A stretch of 42,128 nt of DNA from Vulcanimicrobiales bacterium (GTDB lineage Bacteria; Vulcanimicrobiota; Vulcanimicrobiia; Vulcanimicrobiales; Vulcanimicrobiaceae): contig JBBRLI010000026.1 of NCBI GenBank assembly GCA_038231455.1, positions 1 to 42,128 on the forward strand. The letters are read 5' to 3'. Of the stretch, positions 9,191 to 18,606 are shown piece after piece (position 1 is the first letter of the stretch; each line of letters starts with the position of its first letter). The translations under genes were made by a program, and so were the position numbers. A model generated the notes under the pieces. The model was not told where the DNA came from. It searched no databases and saw only the letters and a program-made list of their open reading frames with translations.

Positions 9191-10135
9191 GTGGATGCAA
9201 TCGCGATGGCCGGTGTTGGGGTCCGCTATCCAGGTTCCGCAACACCGGCCGTGCATGACGTGAGCCTCACGATCCCGACGGGCGAACTCGCCGTGTTCCT
9301 CGGGCCGTCCGGCTGCGGCAAGAGCACACTCCTACGCACGATCAACCGACTCATCGAACCGACGGACGGGACGATCCACGTCGACGGCACCGAAGTGCGC
9401 GCGCTCGATGCAGTCCAGTTGCGCCGTCGCATCGGTTACGTGATCCAGGCCGTCGGTCTTTTTCCGCACCTGACGATCGCGCAGAATATCGCCGTCGTCC
9501 CCGAACTTCTCAACTGGCCCAAGGCCAAGATCGACGCGCGCGTCGACGAATTGCTCGCACTCGTACGTCTGGAACCGGCGCGCTATCGGGCGCGACTCCC
9601 GCGCGAACTCTCCGGCGGCGAGCAGCAGCGCGTCGGGGTCGCGCGCGCACTCGCCGCCGAACCGTCGATTATCTTGATGGACGAGCCGTTCGGCGCGGTC
9701 GATGCGATCGTGCGGGCGACGCTGCAAGACGAAGTGTGCCGCATCCATCGCACGCTCGGAACGACGATCGTCTTCGTCACGCACGACGTCGATGAAGCGC
9801 TCAAAATCGCCGACCGTATCGTGGTGATGAACACCGGAACGATCGTTCAAGCCGATACGCCGCTCGCAATGCTCACGAAGCCCGCATCGCCGTTCGTCGC
9901 GCAACTGCTCGATGCGGGCGATACCATTCGACGTCTGGGACTAATCGGCGTTGCACAAGCGATGCGTGCGGAGATCGTCGCACAGAGCACGGTTACGGTC
10001 GACGCAAAGGCAACCTTACGCGAGGCGCTCTCCGCACTACTCGGCGGAATCGAACGCATCGATGTCTTACGCGACGGTGCGCGCATCGGTTCGATCGGCT
10101 TTGATGATGTCCGTCGTGCGACAAGCGCCGCATGA
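9191..10135 (+). CDS. Osmoprotectant ABC transporter ATP-binding protein
   Basis: Walker A GPSGCGKST, LRRRIGYVIQ, LSGGEQQR, MDEPFGAVD, VTHD; degenerate CBS-like tail. Confidence 0.93.
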   Translation: MDAIAMAGVGVRYPGSATPAVHDVSLTIPTGELAVFLGPSGCGKSTLLRTINRLIEPTDGTIHVDGTEVRALDAVQLRRRIGYVIQAVGLFPHLTIAQNIAVVPELLNWPKAKIDARVDELLALVRLEPARYRARLPRELSGGEQQRVGVARALAAEPSIILMDEPFGAVDAIVRATLQDEVCRIHRTLGTTIVFVTHDVDEALKIADRIVVMNTGTIVQADTPLAMLTKPASPFVAQLLDAGDTIRRLGLIGVAQAMRAEIVAQSTVTVDAKATLREALSALLGGIERIDVLRDGARIGSIGFDDVRRATSAA

Positions 10136-10743
10136 CCTATCTCTTCGGGCATTTCGGCATCGTCGCACAACTCGCCGGAGAACATCTGGCGCTCGTTGCA
10201 ACCGCGCTCGTCATCGCTCTTGCGATCGCCTTCCCACTGGGCATTCTCGCCGCGCGCAGCGAGCGCGTAAGCACGCTCACGCTTGGCGCGCTCGGTGCGC
10301 TTTACGCAATACCCTCACTCGCGCTCTTAGTGTTGCTCGTTCCCATCTTGGGGCTCGGCTTTTGGACCGCGGTCGTCGCGCTCGTCACCTACGCGCAGAT
10401 GTTGCTCGTGCGAAACATCGCAATCGGACTACGTTCGGTACCCGCGGCGCAAATCGAGGCCGCAAAGGGCATGGGCATGACGTCGGCACAGCGTCTGATA
10501 CGAGTCGAAATCCCGTACGCGCTGCCGATCGTTGTCGGCGGCCTCCGAATCGCAACGGTCTCGCTGATCGCGATTGCAACGGTGGCGGCATTTATCAATG
10601 CCGGGGGCTTAGGGACGTTGATTTTTGCAGGCATTCATCAAGACGATCCGCAGCGAACGATCGCCGGGAGCATGGGCGCGGCCGCACTCGCGATCGTTGC
10701 GGACGCATTCTTTCGCACACTCGAACGCCGCCTCAGAGCTTAA
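10132..10743 (+). CDS. Osmoprotectant/betaine ABC transporter permease
   Basis: IPSLALL, IEAAKGMGMT, ATVAAFINAGGLG; ATGA overlap with the ATPase. Confidence 0.9.
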   Translation: MTYLFGHFGIVAQLAGEHLALVATALVIALAIAFPLGILAARSERVSTLTLGALGALYAIPSLALLVLLVPILGLGFWTAVVALVTYAQMLLVRNIAIGLRSVPAAQIEAAKGMGMTSAQRLIRVEIPYALPIVVGGLRIATVSLIAIATVAAFINAGGLGTLIFAGIHQDDPQRTIAGSMGAAALAIVADAFFRTLERRLRA

Positions 10744-11546
10744 AGGGCGGGTCGCTTTTCCGCAAAATCCTCAGACGCTTTGCGAGGCTCTTCGATCGTC
10801 ATATAGACGACTAGCGCGACGATGACCGTGAGAAAGACCACGCTCGTCGAGGTCGTTCCAAAGCCGAGACCGCCGTCTGCTTTGGCTTGCGAGAACAGGT
10901 CGCCGAGCGATGCACCGAGCGGACGCGTCATGATGTAGGCGATCCAGAACGCAAGGACGCCGTCGATCTTGAAGACGAAATATGCAAGGGCCGTGAGCGC
11001 GATGACCCCGGCAAAGAGGAGCGCCGTGAGCGGGTAACCGAGTTTGCTTGCCTCCGAGATGAGATCACCGGCCGACGTACCCAGCGCGAATGTGAAGAGG
11101 ATCGCCGCCCAATAGAAAAGTTCGCGTTTCGTCGTAAAGATCGCGTGCACGGAGAGCGTTCGTTCGCTGAACCACCACGCCAGGAAGACCACCGCAAGAA
11201 TGCTCGCGAAGATCGCCGTCGAGGTTTGCAATCCCATACCGAGTTTGTCGACCAGCAGATCGGAGGTGAGCGTGCCGACAACGCTGATAGCAACCACTAC
11301 GAACCAGTAAACCGCCGGCACGTAGCGTTTAAGGCTAAGCTGAACGAGCAGTGCCACGACGAACACGCCCGTCATCACAAGCGACGTATTTTGCAAGCCA
11401 AATTTCAGCGTCGTGTTGAGATAATCTGCGACCGTTTCTCCAACCGTTGTCGCGAATATCTTGATGATCCAAAAGAAGATCGTCACTTGCGGGACTTTAT
11501 TGAGCATCGCGCCCAACGTCGGACGTGCGTCAAAGGATGGTTGCAT
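10740..11546 (-). CDS. COG4705 / DUF347-repeat membrane protein
   Basis: NKVPQVTIFFWIIKIFATTVGET, ELFYWAAILFTFALGTSAGD, FWIAYIMTRPLGASLGD, GGLGFGT. Confidence 0.88.
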   Translation of the reverse strand: MQPSFDARPTLGAMLNKVPQVTIFFWIIKIFATTVGETVADYLNTTLKFGLQNTSLVMTGVFVVALLVQLSLKRYVPAVYWFVVVAISVVGTLTSDLLVDKLGMGLQTSTAIFASILAVVFLAWWFSERTLSVHAIFTTKRELFYWAAILFTFALGTSAGDLISEASKLGYPLTALLFAGVIALTALAYFVFKIDGVLAFWIAYIMTRPLGASLGDLFSQAKADGGLGFGTTSTSVVFLTVIVALVVYMTIEEPRKASEDFAEKRPAL

Positions 11547-11575
11547 GCTGGCCTTATCGCCCCTCGGGCAAGAAG

Positions 11576-12331
11576 CTACACATTAATCTCCGGTGAACCG
11601 GCGAAGCGTTCGCGCGCGGCAGCGATCAGAGCAGCGAATAGCGCCGCTGAGGGCGCGTCGACGGCGACCGTTGCTTCGGGATGCCACTGGACGCCGAGAT
11701 AAAATGGGTGGTCGAACGTTGCCTCAATCGCCTCGATCGTACCATCCGAACACCGGCCCACGACGCGAAACGCCGGGGGCACCTCGCGCGCGGCTTGATG
11801 ATGGACGGAGTTGGTTGACAGGCTCGTGATACTCATGATGCGGGCAAGCGAAGCGTTTGCTTCGAGCATCACGACATGGTGGGGAGTCAGCGCGTAGCAA
11901 TCCGCACCGTCCACCGTCTGAGAATGCAAAGCGTACGCAGCGCCCCGGTCGCTCGGCAAATCTTGATAGAGCGTGCCACCGAAGAGCACGACTGCCGCCT
12001 GCATTCCGCAGCAGATACAAAGCGTGGGTAGACCTCGGATGCGCGCGTGCGCGAGCGCCGCGAATTCGAATGTGTAACGTGCCGGATCGTGCGGGTCGTT
12101 TCGCGCCGGATAGCGCTCGTCTTCGCCGTAGCGGCCGGGATCGACGTCGACGCCACCAGTAACGAGTAAACCATCGAGCCCGTCAAGCACATCGCGGTCG
12201 TCGTGATACAGCGCGATCGGCGCACCACCCGAAATCTCGATTGCCTCGACGTATGCGCGTAGTTCCGCATGATCGCGCGGCTCGACGCCGCGCACGATCG
12301 ACGAGGTGATCCCGATCCGGGGCCGACTCAC
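11576..12331 (-). CDS. Peptidase C26 / PuuD-like gamma-glutamyl hydrolase (class I glutamine amidotransferase)
   Basis: RPRIGIT, LDGLLVTGGVDVDP, ICCGMQ nucleophile elbow, GGTLYQD, NSVHHQA, GVQWHPE; GTGA overlap with the egtD stop. Confidence 0.9.
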   Translation of the reverse strand: MSRPRIGITSSIVRGVEPRDHAELRAYVEAIEISGGAPIALYHDDRDVLDGLDGLLVTGGVDVDPGRYGEDERYPARNDPHDPARYTFEFAALAHARIRGLPTLCICCGMQAAVVLFGGTLYQDLPSDRGAAYALHSQTVDGADCYALTPHHVVMLEANASLARIMSITSLSTNSVHHQAAREVPPAFRVVGRCSDGTIEAIEATFDHPFYLGVQWHPEATVAVDAPSAALFAALIAAARERFAGSPEINV

Positions 12332-13329
12332 TCGACGAGCAGTAAGCTCAGCGCGTAACGGCCAGCCGCGTCGGTGAACGTCTTGCGTTCGCTAAAGCCG
12401 CAACGCTTCGCGAGCGCGACGATCTCGGCGGGGGTAAACTTGTACGAGGACTCGGTGTGAATCGGCTCGCCCTCCGCAAACGGGACGGTAAGATCGAGTT
12501 CGCGCAGCACGACCTGCTGCTTCTTCGCCGAGACTAAGAACGAATCGACGCAGCCGCGCACCGGATCGTACTTCGCGGTGAACCGAAATTGGCCGAGATC
12601 GAAGTCGCCGTCGAACTCACGGTTGATGCGCGCGAGCAGATTTTTGTTGAACGCTGCCGTGACGCCAATCGGGTCATCGTACGCCGCTTCCAGGATCGTC
12701 GCGTCTTTTTTCAGATCGTATCCAACGAGCAGACCGTCGCCGGTCTTGAGCGCCGATGCGAGCAATTCGAGCAGCGTGCGCGCGGCGTGCGGTTCGAAGT
12801 TGCCGATGTTGGAGCCAAGATACAGTGCGAGCACGCGATCTTGTGTTGCGAGTTCGCGCTGGCGAAGAAGTGAAAAGTAATCGGCGGCGTACGCCTGAAC
12901 GACCAAACTCTCGTGCGAGGCGATGAGCGCAAGCGACGATTCCATCAGCGCATCGGGCGAAATTTCGATCGGATGATACTTCAGCGATTTTTGTTTTTCG
13001 AGAATCGCCTCGATGATGATCCGCGTCTTCGTCGCGCTTCCACTGCCGAGTTCGACGAGTTCGAGCGGCGCTCCGAACGATGCCACGATCTCGCGACCGT
13101 ACGTCGCGAGCAGATCGCGTTCGACGCGCGTGAGATAGTATTCCGGAAGGCGCGTGATCGCCTCGAAGAGCGTCGACCCTAAATCATCGTAAAAATATTT
13201 CGGCGCAAGCGTCTTCGGGATTGCGGTCAGGCCGCGGCGCACGTCTTCGCCGAACGTGGCGATCCGTGCCGGGTGCGGATCGCGGTAGATGGTCAGACGG
13301 TCGGTCACCGCGGTCAGCGTGGAATCCAT
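12328..13329 (-). CDS. egtD: L-histidine N-alpha-methyltransferase (hercynine synthase)
   Basis: KTLAPKYFYDDLGSTLFEAITRLPEYYLTRVE, ELGSGSATKT, LGSNIGNF, AYDDPIGVTAAFNKNLL, IHTESSYKF. Confidence 0.92.
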   Translation of the reverse strand: MDSTLTAVTDRLTIYRDPHPARIATFGEDVRRGLTAIPKTLAPKYFYDDLGSTLFEAITRLPEYYLTRVERDLLATYGREIVASFGAPLELVELGSGSATKTRIIIEAILEKQKSLKYHPIEISPDALMESSLALIASHESLVVQAYAADYFSLLRQRELATQDRVLALYLGSNIGNFEPHAARTLLELLASALKTGDGLLVGYDLKKDATILEAAYDDPIGVTAAFNKNLLARINREFDGDFDLGQFRFTAKYDPVRGCVDSFLVSAKKQQVVLRELDLTVPFAEGEPIHTESSYKFTPAEIVALAKRCGFSERKTFTDAAGRYALSLLLVE

Positions 13330-13448
13330 GAAAACCTCATTTGGGGCACTCGTCGAGCAGAACAACCTCAGACGGGAATGTGTTGCGTGCCCGCGTATCT
13401 GCGGATTCCCACGTTTTCACAAGCGCAATCGAGGAGGCACTCCCAACC

Positions 13449-14198
13449 GTGCAGACTTCCCAGTTCACGATTACCGTCGGTGGCACCGCGATGCCGGTGT
13501 ACCTGGCCCGGCCGGACGGTGATGAACCCAAAGGTGCGGTAATCGTGCTGCAAGAGATCTTCGGCGTCAATACGGAGGTCAAGCGGATTACCGATCTCGT
13601 GGCGGCAGCCGGCTACGTTGGCATTGCCCCGAACTACTACTACCGCACGCACCCCGACCTCAACGTTCCTTATACGAACGAAGGCCTCGCCAAGGGCTTT
13701 GAGGCGGCGGGGCAGGTCACGCTCGACAACCTCAAGACCGACCTCCAGGCCGTCATGGACTACCTCAACAGCCAGGCCTATGTGAAGACGAACCACATCG
13801 CGACGTGGGGCTTCTGCTTCGGCGGGACCGTCGCGTTCATCAGCTCGATGATGCCGGGCCTCTCGGCAGCGGTTTCGTTCTACGGCGGCCACATCGCCCA
13901 AGCGCTTCCCAATAGTGATTTCGTGCCGGCCGATCACGCGGCCGAAGTCCGTGCCCCGCTACTGCTTGTGTTCGGCGGCAAAGATGCGTATATTCCGCAA
14001 GAAGCCGTCGACAAGATCGAATCGAGTCTCAAAGCAGCTGGCAAACGATTTGAGGTGCAAGTGTATCCGGATCAAGACCATGCCTTCTTCCGCGATAGTT
14101 CAGAAGCGATGACCGGAGATTCCGGCGACGCGCTTTCGCGGGACGTCTCCGATGCGTGGGAATGCGTGCAAGCCTTCCTTGCGGCGCACCTGACGTGA
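13449..14198 (+). CDS. Dienelactone hydrolase family protein (intact Cys-Asp-His triad)
   Basis: GAGGAGG RBS before GTG 13449; VIVLQEIFGVN, GFCFGG, SFYG, GGKD, DHAFF. Confidence 0.9.
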   Translation: MQTSQFTITVGGTAMPVYLARPDGDEPKGAVIVLQEIFGVNTEVKRITDLVAAAGYVGIAPNYYYRTHPDLNVPYTNEGLAKGFEAAGQVTLDNLKTDLQAVMDYLNSQAYVKTNHIATWGFCFGGTVAFISSMMPGLSAAVSFYGGHIAQALPNSDFVPADHAAEVRAPLLLVFGGKDAYIPQEAVDKIESSLKAAGKRFEVQVYPDQDHAFFRDSSEAMTGDSGDALSRDVSDAWECVQAFLAAHLT

Positions 14199-14920
14199 TC
14201 AGCGAGCACGTCGCGATTCCAGGCCCGCACGGCCCAATCCCCGCCTATGTCGCGCGCCCCGATTTTGGCGTTCACCCGGCGGTGATCGTTCTCGAGGGTG
14301 TGTACGGATTCGACGACGAGCTCAAACGCATTACGGATCTTGTTGCAAGCGCGGGCTATGTCGGCTGCGCGATCGACTATTTCCACCGCAACGGCTCGAC
14401 GTTCAGCGCGCCTTTCACCGAAGAAGGGCGCGCGCAAGGCGTCGAGGCGTCCAAGAAAATCTCAAAGTCCGAACTGCGCGAGGACGTCGCCGCGGCGGTC
14501 GATTGGCTCAATTCGCAAGACGTCGTCGAGCACGGCGATATCGCGACCTGGGGATTCGGTTTCGGCGGAACGGCCGCGTTCGTCAGCGCGACGCTCCCGG
14601 GGCTCAAAGCCGCCGTTGTGTTTTACGGGCAGAGTATCGGCAAGCCGATGCCAAGCGGTGATCCCGCTCCGCTCGAAGATGCCGCGACCTTACGTGCGCC
14701 GCTGTTGCTTGTTTTCGGCGGACAAGATGAATTGATCGAAGCAAACGACGTGGAACGGATCGCCTCCGTCTTGACGCAGCATGGAAAAAAATTCGACCTC
14801 CAGATGTATCCAAACGTGGGGCACTCGTTCTTCCGCGATACCTCCGACTCGGTTGCCGCGCGCGAAGCGGCCGATGCCTGGGATCGCGTCCAGGCGTTTT
14901 TGCGCTCGCGTTTCGACTAG
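14195..14920 (+). CDS. Dienelactone hydrolase paralog lacking the catalytic Cys (GFGFGG)
   Basis: GTGA overlap with the upstream gene; shares ELKRITDLVASAGYVG, IATWGFGFGGT, LRAPLLLVFGGQD, GHSFFRD and ADAWDRVQAFL with it. Confidence 0.88.
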   Translation: MISEHVAIPGPHGPIPAYVARPDFGVHPAVIVLEGVYGFDDELKRITDLVASAGYVGCAIDYFHRNGSTFSAPFTEEGRAQGVEASKKISKSELREDVAAAVDWLNSQDVVEHGDIATWGFGFGGTAAFVSATLPGLKAAVVFYGQSIGKPMPSGDPAPLEDAATLRAPLLLVFGGQDELIEANDVERIASVLTQHGKKFDLQMYPNVGHSFFRDTSDSVAAREAADAWDRVQAFLRSRFD

Positions 14921-15609
14921 CGCTTTTTCGCGCGCGGGGGCGGCGAGCCGTCAAAGGCGATGCGCGCCCAGCGTTCGACGATGTCACTGATGTAGTCACG
15001 CGTTTCGGCGTACGGCGGCACACCGTGGTAGCGGGCGACCGCCCCCGGCCCCGCATTATAGGCGGCGTCGGCTAGCGCGTAGGGGTCGACGGAATCGGCG
15101 TAAGCCCGGTGATACCGGCCAAGGAGTTGCGCGGCTCCGCGGATAGCATCGAACGGGTCGAGCGGGTCGACCCCATACGCCTCGGCGGTCTCGGGCGTGA
15201 ACTGCGCGATCCCGAGCGCCCCAGCCGGTGAGATCGCGCGCGGATCGAAAGCCGATTCTTGCAAGATGGTCGATGCAAACCAGCGCGGGTCGATGCCGTT
15301 GTCCGCGGCGGCGGCGAGCGCAACGTTCGCAAGAACCAGTGCATCGAACGAACCAATTCGCGGGTTGGCACGTACGATGGATCGGACGACGGCGATCGCG
15401 GGAGCCGCGGGACGCGGAGCGTCGTCGAAGAGCCGAAGCCCACGAATGGATTCGTGTCGTGGGGGTATATGCCAGGAGAGGGCGAGGTCGCGTAGGCGAT
15501 CGATCCGCGCGGGACCGCGTGCGGAAACGTTCTCAGCGAAAAACCGTTCCGCGTTCGACGTGCAACCCACCAGGAGCACGGAGAACGCGAGCGCAACGAA
15601 GCCCAACAT
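14917..15609 (-). CDS. Lytic transglycosylase (SLT domain), probable lipoprotein
   Basis: QESAFDPRAISPAGALGIAQF, AAYNAGPGAV, GVPPYAETRDY; lipobox LVGC after ATG 15609. Confidence 0.88.
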   Translation of the reverse strand: MLGFVALAFSVLLVGCTSNAERFFAENVSARGPARIDRLRDLALSWHIPPRHESIRGLRLFDDAPRPAAPAIAVVRSIVRANPRIGSFDALVLANVALAAAADNGIDPRWFASTILQESAFDPRAISPAGALGIAQFTPETAEAYGVDPLDPFDAIRGAAQLLGRYHRAYADSVDPYALADAAYNAGPGAVARYHGVPPYAETRDYISDIVERWARIAFDGSPPPRAKKR

Positions 15610-15667
15610 AGCGCCCGGATAAGCCGGATTTCTAACCTGTAAGGATGACCGTGAGTTCGATCGTGAC

Positions 15668-16228
15668 GTGTTCGCCGTGCTAGTTCTCAATGTGCTCGGT
15701 GCGATGCTCATCGTGCTTGTCGTGGGCGACTTCGCCTCGACGTTCTTTTACCACGTCCCGCAGCATGTCTGGTTCAAGCTCCATCTGCGCACGCATCACG
15801 ACCGCAAGCGTTCCTATTGGGACCATGCCGTGATCTCCCGCGACCCCGCTGTCATTTTAGACGGCGTGCTGGGCGCGATCCCCTACATCGCGATCGCAGC
15901 GCTCTGCTGGAAGATCTCGATCGTCGGCGCGGTTTTGGGCTTACTCCTGGGCCAATTACACGTGTGGTGGCGCCACACGGTCGACCTTGGCTGGAAAACG
16001 CCTGCTTGGTTCGCAGCGATCGCTCGGCCCTTGCAGATCGTGCTCCCCGAGGACCATGACGGCCATCACCGAAATCCAGAAATCGAGTTCGGCGATATCT
16101 TCCGTTTCTACGATGCGCCGGCACGCTATGCGATCAAGACCCTTCGCGCGATTACGCCACGGAAACGTGTGCCCGTGCGAACGATCAAGCGCAAATCCCA
16201 GATCCGGACGGTTCCGGGTCGCGGGTAA
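15668..16228 (+). CDS. Fatty acid hydroxylase / sterol desaturase superfamily membrane enzyme
   Basis: His boxes HVPQH, HLRTHH, HVWWRH and HDGHH between hydrophobic segments. Confidence 0.78.
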   Translation: MFAVLVLNVLGAMLIVLVVGDFASTFFYHVPQHVWFKLHLRTHHDRKRSYWDHAVISRDPAVILDGVLGAIPYIAIAALCWKISIVGAVLGLLLGQLHVWWRHTVDLGWKTPAWFAAIARPLQIVLPEDHDGHHRNPEIEFGDIFRFYDAPARYAIKTLRAITPRKRVPVRTIKRKSQIRTVPGRG

Positions 16229-16243
16229 CCCCGTGGAGCCCGG

Positions 16244-17419
16244 ATGACAAAACGCGTCCTCTTCCTCATCTCCGATACCGGTGGCGGTCATCGCAGCGGC
16301 GCTCAAGCCGTCGGTGCCGCGCTCGATGAAATCGAAGGAGAGACTCGTTTTGAGTGGCGGATCGACGATATCGCTACCCACTGCACCTTTCCGCTCTCCC
16401 AACTCGGGCCGGCGTACAGCGCGGCCCTTCGCTTTGCCCCGCCGATCTACGGTGCGCTCTTCCACGCCACCAACGGCCGCCGGCGCTTCAAATCGATCGT
16501 GCGCTTCTGCGAGCCGCTCTATCGCGAACGCCTGCGCGATTCGTTCTTGCTCTTCAAGCCCGATGTGATCGTCTCGGTCCATCCGCTGCTCAACCACGCG
16601 GCGCTGCGCGCCCGGGCAGACGCCGGGATCAACGTTCCGATCGTTACCGTTATCACCGACCTTGGCCGGGTCCACGAAGCGTGGCTGATGCCCGAGGCCG
16701 ATGCCGTTGTCGTTCCCGCGCCCGAAGTCTACCAGCGCGCCCTCGAACGCGGCGTCTCGCCCGATCGTTTGCGTTTGCTCGGCCATCCGGTCCACCCGAA
16801 ATTCGAAGACGTCTCGCAATCGAAAGCCGAACTGCGCAAGTCGCTCGGGCTTCCGCCGGATAAAACGATCGCGCTGCTCATGGCGGGCGGCGAAGGCGGC
16901 GGAAAACTGCTTCCGACGACGCTCGCGCTGGCGAAATCGAAATTGCCGTTCCATCTGGTCGTCGTAACCGGCCGGAATGCCGCCCTCAAGGCGAAGCTCG
17001 AAGAGATCGCGCCGAAGTTCGAGATTCCAATGACGATCCTTGGCTTCCGTAACGACGTCCCCTCGCTCATGCGCGCAGCCGACTTACTCGTGACCAAAGC
17101 CGGCCCCGGCACGCTTGCCGAGGCCAGCATCACCGAAGTCCCGGTCGTCGTCTACGACTTCGTGCCGGGTCAAGAACGCGGCAACCTCGATTACGTTCGC
17201 ACGAACGGCATCGGCGTCGTCGCACTCACCAGTTCCGATGTCGTGCAGTCCGTCTCACGCATCGTGCACAATCAAGAGCGGCTCGCGGCGATGCGTCTAC
17301 GCCAAGGCAATATCGCTCCGCGCGGCAGCTCGCGCCGCATCGCCGAACTCATCGCCGAGATCGCAACGAGCGGTCACGTGCCGAAAGCCGAACACCGCAT
17401 CCCCGCTGCCGTTTCCTAA
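16244..17419 (+). CDS. MGDG synthase-like diacylglycerol glycosyltransferase (GT28)
   Basis: ISDTGGGHRS, VSVHPL, VTVITDL, LLMAGGEGGG, TKAGPGTLAEA, PGQERGN. Confidence 0.88.
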   Translation: MTKRVLFLISDTGGGHRSGAQAVGAALDEIEGETRFEWRIDDIATHCTFPLSQLGPAYSAALRFAPPIYGALFHATNGRRRFKSIVRFCEPLYRERLRDSFLLFKPDVIVSVHPLLNHAALRARADAGINVPIVTVITDLGRVHEAWLMPEADAVVVPAPEVYQRALERGVSPDRLRLLGHPVHPKFEDVSQSKAELRKSLGLPPDKTIALLMAGGEGGGKLLPTTLALAKSKLPFHLVVVTGRNAALKAKLEEIAPKFEIPMTILGFRNDVPSLMRAADLLVTKAGPGTLAEASITEVPVVVYDFVPGQERGNLDYVRTNGIGVVALTSSDVVQSVSRIVHNQERLAAMRLRQGNIAPRGSSRRIAELIAEIATSGHVPKAEHRIPAAVS

Positions 17420-17427
17420 AAGGACCT

Positions 17428-18603
17428 ATGAGCGTCATCGAGATCCCCGCGTCGCTTGAAGCGGCGGTTATTGCGCTACGCCGCGACTTCCACCGTCATC
17501 CCGAGATGGGATTCGAAGAAGTCCGCACCGCCGGGGTCGTTGCAAAACGTTTGCGCGAACTGGGTTTCGATGTTCACGAAAAGATCGCCACGACCGGCGT
17601 GATCGGCGTGATGAAAGGCAACAAACCCGGCCGCACGATCATGCTGCGCGCCGATATGGATGCGCTGCCGATCGAAGAAGAAAATACGATCGACCACGTC
17701 TCGACCAACGTGGGAACGATGCACGCGTGCGGACACGACGGGCACGTCGCGATGTTGCTCGGTGCAGCCGAATTAATTTCGCAAGGTCGCGATCGTCTCG
17801 CGGGCACCGTGTGCCTGGTGTTTCAGCCCGCCGAGGAAGGTCGAGGCGGTGGGAAAGCGATGGTCGAGGAAGGCGTGCTCGAACGTTTCGGTATCGAGCG
17901 CGCGTACGGTCTGCACCTCGCATCCGCGCATCCCTCAGGCCAACTCGGCTTTCGCGAAGGCGCCTTCTACGCATCGAGCGATTCGATCGAGATTACGATC
18001 GAAGGCAAAGGCGGCCATGGCGCGGCGCCGCATCTTTCGATCGATCCCATTTATGTCGCCGGCGAATTCATCGTTGCCGTACAGCAAATCGTCAGTCGCA
18101 TGATCGATCCGATCGAGCCGGCGGTCGTGACGATCGGTTCGATCCACGGCGGGACGACACATAACGTCATTCCGAGTCGCGTCAAGCTCCTCGGCACGGT
18201 ACGCGCCTTCAATCCGGACGTCCGCGCGAAGATGGCCGAACGGATCGAACAAGTGCTCAAAGGCATTTGCGATACCGCCGGGGCCTCGTACGATTTCAAC
18301 TATCTCTGGCGCTATCCGGTGACCTCAAACGACGCCGATCAGACGCGCTATGTGCGCGCGCTGGCCGAGAAGACGATCGGCGCAGAGCGCGTCGCCGAAG
18401 TACCCAAACTCATGGGCGCTGAGGACTTCTCGTTCTTTGCTGAAAAAGTGCCCGCGTGTTTCTACACACTCGGCGCGCAATCCGACGAACGCACCTCGTG
18501 GCCGCACCACCACGCACGTTTCGACATCGATGAAGCAGCGCTCAAAACGGGCGTGCAGATGATGGCGACGATTGCCTTCGACGCGCCGACCAACGCCCCG
18601 TAA
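17428..18603 (+). CDS. M20D family amidohydrolase
   Basis: RRDFHRHPEMGFEE, LRADMDALP, MHACGHDGH, FQPAEEG, GKGGHGAAPH, MGAEDFS, HHARF. Confidence 0.93.
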   Translation: MSVIEIPASLEAAVIALRRDFHRHPEMGFEEVRTAGVVAKRLRELGFDVHEKIATTGVIGVMKGNKPGRTIMLRADMDALPIEEENTIDHVSTNVGTMHACGHDGHVAMLLGAAELISQGRDRLAGTVCLVFQPAEEGRGGGKAMVEEGVLERFGIERAYGLHLASAHPSGQLGFREGAFYASSDSIEITIEGKGGHGAAPHLSIDPIYVAGEFIVAVQQIVSRMIDPIEPAVVTIGSIHGGTTHNVIPSRVKLLGTVRAFNPDVRAKMAERIEQVLKGICDTAGASYDFNYLWRYPVTSNDADQTRYVRALAEKTIGAERVAEVPKLMGAEDFSFFAEKVPACFYTLGAQSDERTSWPHHHARFDIDEAALKTGVQMMATIAFDAPTNAP

Positions 18604-18606
18604 GCC

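Noticed and set aside
13330-13448. Possible SAM/SAH riboswitch upstream of egtD (GGGAAT..ATTCCC stem, repeated AACCTCA)
   Set aside because: No recognisable SAM-I/II/IV or SAH consensus and the stems are short. An Rfam/Infernal scan would be needed to revive it.
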